A DNA stretch of 64,000 nucleotides. Source: Haliotis rufescens (Eukaryota). The translations under genes and the position numbers were made by a program. The stretch lies in NCBI RefSeq assembly GCF_023055435.1, contig NW_025964359.1, positions 62,001 through 126,000 on the forward strand, read 5' to 3'. Of this stretch, positions 57,510 to 64,000 are shown piece by piece. Position 1 is the first letter of the stretch. Every line of letters begins with the position of its first letter. The notes below the pieces were generated by a model. It saw only the letters and a list, made by a program, of their open reading frames with translations. It searched no databases and had not been told where the DNA came from.

Positions 57510-59017
57510 TACTGAACCGCAAAAGAAACGTCACCCCAAGTAACATTGCCTGAAAAGTTGTCATTTAAATATCTGGGTAATCTTTGTCAAAGTTTCCAAA
57601 ATTTAACATTCCCTTGTCTGGAACGTGAAATTTGATGATAAAAAAACAAAGTAGATGACAATAAAACCGATCACCCAAAGGCATCACGGCAATGGACATG
57701 GTAACCCGATGTACGTGAGTTCCGTGCAAATTTAAATGAACATGCGATCCCCCTTTTCTTACCCTATAAAAATCCACCCAGATCGGATAACATTCATTTG
57801 TTATTGAATTGCTACCACATGCCCGGATTGACAAGAAATCAGCGACACCAAGCCCTTGGACGATTGCAAGCTGGACATACCGCCCGGCAAGTAGCCAATG
57901 GATTTCTAATCCACGTAAGGACATTATACAGGCTCCAGCAACGGTGCCAGACCACCAACACTACAGATGACCGACCACGTAGTGGTAGACCAAGGGTCAC
58001 CACCCAACGTCAGGACCGTCAGATTGTGCGACAGCATCCTCAAGATCGCTTTGTTACTGCTGTGGAAACTGCTCGACAAACCATGGGGACACACCAGCGA
58101 CACATTAGTGCAGACATCGTGCGTCGACAATTGACGAGCAGACACCTCCACTGTCACAGGCCACAACGAGGACCAATTCTGACACCACATCATCGCCGGG
58201 ACCGTCTTCAGTGGGCACTGGCGCCACCAGCAGTGGAGAAGAGTCCTCTTCTCAGACGAGAGCCGTTACTGTATCTCAACAGCAGATGGCAGAGAGAGTG
58301 TCTGGCGACGCCGCGGGGAACGTTATTCGGATGCTTGTGTTGTTGAGAGAGACTCGTGGGGTGGTCCGAGCATCATGGTGTGGTGTGGAATTGGTCTTGC
58401 ACAGAGGGGCGGCCCTGTGGTCTTCCAGAACATCGGTCTAGGGAGAGGCAATGGTGTCACAGCAGCTCGGTACATGATTAAGCCTTGAGACCACACACCA
58501 TACCTCATTTGGCACTTTCAGCATGATAACGCCAGTGCCCACACTGCGAGAGCAACAAGAGACTTCCTCCAGCAGAATGGCATCAGAACCATGCAGTGGC
58601 CTGGCCTCAGTCCCGATTTAAATCCCATTGAGCACCTGTGGGACGAGATTCAGAGACGGCTGAATGACGTCCGACCAAGGTCGACAACTGCAGCTGAACT
58701 GCGTCAGGCGTTCCTCAGAGTGTGGGCTCAAATGCCTATGGCCACCATCAACCGCCTCATCCATTCCATGTATCGACGTTGCACGGCAGTCATCAATGCA
58801 CATGGCGGACACAAGAGATACTGACTTGTGATGCCATTTCCTCAGAGACTAGTGTTGTGTTTCACTTTAAGAACATATGACACTTTAATTTCAACCTTGA
58901 TGATCAGTTTTGTCAAGTTTCATCTTTTTAATATGTCTCAAAGTATGTTTACAGTGTTTGGACAAATAAGGTTTCTCATATATCTATCCATGGTGACGTT
59001 TCTTTTGCAGTTCAGTA
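57510..59017 (+). mobile_element. Full-length Tc1-like transposon in intron, transposase frameshifted
   Basis: ~26-bp TIRs TACTGAACCGCAAAAGAAACGTCACC / GGTGACGTTTCTTTTGCAGTTCAGTA with TA flanks; GRPRVTT, FSDESR, QHDNA and SPDLNPIEHLW. Confidence 0.92.
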
Positions 59018-60232
59018 TACATATTGCATACCTGCACTGTTGTCTGCTGGGTAGACAGTTCATGTTCACATGAAAAGTTTATTCTGACAGCTTATGTTTA
59101 GCCCCCTTTTAATATTGAATGATTTCGCGTGCTACCTTTCTTGAATTGGTTTACAAATGTCTTCAAAATGTATTTAGTCTCAATATATTTGTATAGGCCA
59201 AATCGTTTCGTCGACAAACAAAACTGATATTGATTGTATTAAAATCTGTTAGATGAAACAAACGTGTTAATATGTTAACAAATGAGTGGACAACCAGAAA
59301 AGTGTTTACACTCATTTTGCATGTCAGTCCATCTCTACTTTTCATGAATGCCTTAAACGTTCAATGATTCCCTAAACAGATCCCACCAGAAACGTATGCT
59401 ATTTGTACAGCTGACCTCAGCAGCATTCATATTCAAATATGATCCCTTTGGTTCACACTCAATGCATTAGATGTGAAATTCAGCAAATCAAATACGTAAG
59501 TTTTCAGGAAACACTTGTATGTAATAATACAATTTGAAACAAAAACGTCAAATGCCTCTAATTACCAAAATAACGGTGTAATATGCACATCCAGTCCGGT
59601 GAGTAACTTTAAAACAGACAGGCCCATGACTCAGAACACAATCATGGGTGACAAAGTCTCTATAAACTGTCAGTTAATCATTGAAAATCGTTCTTATCAA
59701 TGTATGAATGACCTTGATATTCGAGATGACATTGACATTGTGAGACTGTTTTCAAAGAATATCAAGCATAGAAAAATGTTTAGTTTGCTCATGAATTAAA
59801 ACCAAGTTTTTTTTCTGAATTTTGAATGTATTGGAATTTTTCATCTCTAATGACCTTGACCTCTGAATGTCATACAAATTCCAAATCTATTTCTGTTTCA
59901 CACCCTCATCTCTGGTAATATTGACCTTATACAGAGGTCACGCAAAATCAACTCAGACCCCACTCTAAAGATCAGTGTGCATTAAGTGGCACTATACCAA
60001 ATGTAAGAAAAGATCCCCAACAGGGATACTATACAGGTGGGATGAAAAAATTTGCTGTAAATTCTTGATACAGAGAAACAAAACTGCAGACGCTGCTTTG
60101 TTAGGTCCAATACATCTTGATTTGTGGATAAAACCATATTTCAAAAAAGTCCTCAAAATACTTTGATACTGGATGGTTACCATCAAGATTACTTTATGGA
60201 GAAGATCTTCGCTTGTATTATAGTGCACGTAC

Positions 60233-60293
60233 CTATTTTTGTATCACTTTCTTTTTGACGTGGAGATTTTTTCTTCGTACGACTCTCGGCCAT
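60233..60293 (-). CDS. Probable first coding exon of the SAMD9-like gene (MAESRTKKKSPRQKESDTKI)
   Basis: AAC-ATG-G start and phase-1 donor ATAG|GTACGT; joining the three exons gives 4962 nt (1653 aa). Confidence 0.6.
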
Positions 60294-60869
60294 GTTCGTT
60301 TTATCTGGAATAAAAAGCAGAGGCTAGTTTGAGCTGAAGTGCTAGCTAGTAAATGCATTATTATACCCCGTCCGTGCAAGATGTCGTTTCCAGAGCAGAT
60401 CTATTTTATTGGATACACGTTTATTATCGAGTATTAGTAACCAGGGGCGGACCCCCTGAATCCCGCCTATGATTCCACCACCGACAATTATTTCAGTCAT
60501 TTTATGGCTCAATCTGGGATAGGTTATTGTTTGACCAAAAATCGTTTTAAGTTAGATGAGGAGCACATTTTAAGAGAAATTATTTTTAGTGTGATATTGT
60601 CAGTTTAAGTTCATTTATTTGTTGTTAAATAACTATATTTCATTCTTCGTTTGTCGTTCTGTAATATATGACATTCCATGGTATAATGATGGATGGTTTT
60701 CTTTTCAAAAGAAGGGCATGTAACAAGCTAATGCCTGCCTCTAAACTCCCTCTATTGATCAATGAAGTACATATTATTATAACTGTTTACACGGCAGTAT
60801 TAACTGAACCAACCAGCACTAGACAGTACAATTTTAATACATAACATTCATTGGTATAGAAAAGAAATT

Positions 60870-62940
60870 TATCTTTAAAAATAATGTTTTGACAATGCTA
60901 AGCGTCAATCTACACCTGGCACATTTTACACAAGAATAACTGTATAACGAATTGGTTTTTATTGATAAACATCCATTTTATTTAGATTTACATTACTTGT
61001 ATACCCAAGGGAAACAAAGACAGAAGATTTCTAAAAAACTGGCGTCCAATATCATTGCTGAATGCACTTTACAATAATAGAATGAAAATGACTTTAAACT
61101 AAAATCTAATTCATGATAATCAAACCGGCTTTATTCCTGGAAGATGTATTAGCGAAAACACAAGACTTTTGTATGACATTATGTTTGAATGTAAAAGACT
61201 AAATAGACCAGGAATGTTGTTTCTGATTGATTTTGAGAAAGCGTTTGATATCAAGACAGTATATTTCCAAGGCATTAGAAAAGTATGGTTTGGGGCCTTA
61301 AAATGGATAAACCTACTAACTAATAATGCATCCTCCTATGTAATACAAAACGGTCATATGTTTTCTTCATTAATGAAAGAGGATGCAGACAAGGAGACCC
61401 AATATCGCCATATCTTTTTCTTTTTGCTGTAGAAATCTTAGGCTGTATGATAAGAGACAATAAAAATATTAAAGGAATTGTATTGAATGATAAAGAGTAT
61501 AAATTAGGTCAGTACGAAGATGACACACAATTATTCTTAAACGGAGAGGCAGAAAGCCTGTATGCAGCAATAAATATACTTGATTGTTTCTCCAAAATGT
61601 CTGGACTTAAAATAGAAATTGATAAAACAAAAGCCATATGGATCGGGTCGAAAGCAGGTAGCTCAACAAATATTTGTGAAGATTTAAAAGTAGGCTGGCA
61701 TGTAGGCAATTTTGAAGTGTTAGGAATTATTCTCAACCCCAATTTGCAAGATCTATGGGTTATCAATACCCGAAAAAGACTTGAAACAATAAATAGGCTA
61801 TTTGCAAATTGGAGAAGAAGAAACTTGACTCTTATAGGTAAAATTACTGTTATCAAGTCATTGGCTCTCTGAACTCTTGTCCATATTTTTATGGCACTGC
61901 CAAACCCCCCCCCCCCCCCCCCAAAAAGATTTTATTACAAACTTAAATAAAATTGTGTTTAGATTTTTATGGAATGATAAACAGGATAAAATTAAAAGTC
62001 AAAATCTGAAAAAAAATTATGCTGATGGTGGGCTTCCAATTTTGGACATTAAAATATTTATAGAATCACTAAAATTATCTACATTAAGAAGATATTTAAA
62101 AAAGAGTACATATGATAATCCTTCAGTTTTTTCTTTCACTGATATGATTAATTTAGGAGTTTATGCTGATAAATATTTATGTGTGAAAAACCCTTTTTGG
62201 AGAGATGTTTTAAATGTTTGGTGAAATTATGGCAGAAAATTTACAACAGATTCAGAAAGATTTCCGAAATTCTATAACAGCCACTATAGCTAAATCACCA
62301 ATTTAATCATGAAAACTACATAATTAAAATTGGTTTGAAAAGGGTATAATGACAATTAAGCACTCATGTAATGAGAATGGATTTCTGCCATTTGAAATAT
62401 TAAAAGTACGTTATGTTATAAAGGGTACAATACTAGGTTATAATAAGGTTAAACTTAGTATACCTAAAGAATGGAGAGACACTGTCAATCATTATATCCA
62501 AATACCAATATATGACTTAAATCTTAGTCCACAATTGAGGGATATATTTATACCCGTTCAAGGATCGAGGTACTTTTATGATAGACTAATTACAATAACA
62601 AAACCACCCTTAGTAAATGGAAAATGGCAGTCTCTTTTTGACGATGATATTCCATGGAAGGAAGTTTATTCAAACTTCAGAAAATGTACTAAAGATACTA
62701 AATTGATTGACTTTCAGTTTAAGTTTATCCATAGAATAATTTACACCAAAAAGGAATTATTAAAAATGGAACTATTTGATAATGATATTTGCTCCTTTTG
62801 TGATTTAAATGGTGAAAACCTTATACATGTATATTGGGAATGTGAATATGTTAAACACTTTTGGAGCAAACTGGAAACCTTTTAAAACCTTGATATCAAT
62901 ACTAGGATCTCACTTACCAAATACTCAGTTTATCATATAA
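60870..62940 (+). mobile_element. 5'-truncated, degenerate L1/Tx1-clade LINE ORF2
   Basis: KNWRPISLLN, DFEKAFD, RQGDPISP, QYEDDT and C-terminal CSFC..E...HVYWEC; many stops and frameshifts. Confidence 0.9.
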
Positions 62941-63649
62941 TGTGTAGGTATCTCGGCAGGATAAAGCCAACGGATAAAAACGATATCCGTTGGGGTCATA
63001 TGCGGATAGAGATGCAAATATCAAAGGTCAAGTGGGGACTACTTTCACTGTTTATAAACAAACATGGCGTCGCCCTCGTCATTCGGCGATCAAGTCAGAA
63101 TTAACCATCGGGAATCTGGATAAACTACAGGAATATTTGCTATCATTATCAAAAGAACAGTCTAATATACTGAAAATCCGTGTCTAACTGTGACGTAGCT
63201 AAGGCATTTTATAAGTTTTGGCAACTTTGGAGATATATAGAGGATATTTAATGTGTTTTCTCAAATACAAATATTTGAGAAAACACATTGAATTTTCTAT
63301 TTATTATATACATGTTTTATTTTTATTACTTGCAATTTATATATTTTTTCGAAAACAGTGTCTGATAAATTACCAAGTTCTGCCTGTCGCCCCTTTACCA
63401 CCGCCGTAAAAAGGGTTTTGCGAAAAGAATACAGTTCGTGAATAAAACTAGCCCTGTTAATATATGTTATGCGAAATATATTATTTCATATCGAGTATTA
63501 AGTTCCGTGGACATTTTTGTTTGTCATAATTAAACATTCCTGTTTAAAATGGATAACTCTTTAATGTTTTGATTCAGGAGAAAGTAGTTCCGGCACCTTG
63601 TTTATATCAGTCACTAGTGACTGATAACTTGATCTATCGTCACTGATAA

Positions 63650-63805
63650 ATAGAGGATATTCAATGTTTTTTCACAAATACCACTTTTATCTCATCGAGT
63701 GAAGTGGGGAGAGTCTAATATTTTCACGAGGGAAAATATCAGACTCTCCCCACTTCACGAGATGAGATAAAAGTGGTATTTGTGAAAACACATTGAATTT
63801 TCTAT
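63650..63805. repeat. Long imperfect palindrome within a locally repeated MITE-like array (63240-64000)
   Basis: CACAAATACCACTTTTATCTCATC..GTGAAGTGGGGAGAGTCT is mirrored by AGACTCTCCCCACTTCAC..GATGAGATAAAAGTGGTATTTGTG; the right arm is repeated again at ~63900. Confidence 0.8.
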
Positions 63806-64000
63806 TTATTATATACGTTTTATTTTTATTACTTGCAATTTATATATTTTTTCGAAAACAGTGTCTGATAAATTACTAAGTCCTCCCTGTCACGAGTGAA
63901 AATATAAGACTCTCCCCACTTCACGAGATGAGATAAAAGTGGTATTTGTGAAAACACATTGAATTTTCTATTTATTATATACATGTTTTATTTTTATTAC

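Overview
Repeat-rich invertebrate genomic DNA, probably a gastropod mollusc such as abalone (inferred from the (GAGT)n-tailed SINEs and Penelope/Tc1 content). The centrepiece is an 11.9-kb GC-rich Maverick/Polinton-type insertion (31569-43474) with AGTAGT...ACTACT termini, ~550-bp TIRs and a perfect 6-bp TSD (GTAATC). It encodes a protein-primed DNA polymerase B but no recognisable integrase, packaging ATPase, protease or capsid gene. Its cargo is host-control genes: two single-BIR IAPs, a four-CCHC zinc-knuckle protein ending in an ARS2-binding-like EDGEV motif, a spliced E1A/E7-like zinc-finger protein and a small zinc-ribbon protein. Three of the intronless genes are each preceded by a copy of a multi-CCAAT/TATA promoter. 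Each is also followed by a perfect replication-dependent histone mRNA stem-loop (GGCCCTTTTCAGGGCC-ACCCA) and a purine-rich downstream element, so the element appears to dress its genes as S-phase histone genes. Host genes: a tandem pair of secreted PAN-like/repeat/C-type lectin genes (one broken, one intact with 4 exons) and a ~1650-aa SAMD9-like STAND NTPase. The latter has a RHIM-like motif in a small upstream exon and an apparently degenerate Schlafen/AlbA domain. The rest is Tc1/mariner, LINE, Penelope (with a minimal hammerhead ribozyme), SINE, MITE and HINE-like debris. All family assignments are from motif recognition by eye; no searches were run.
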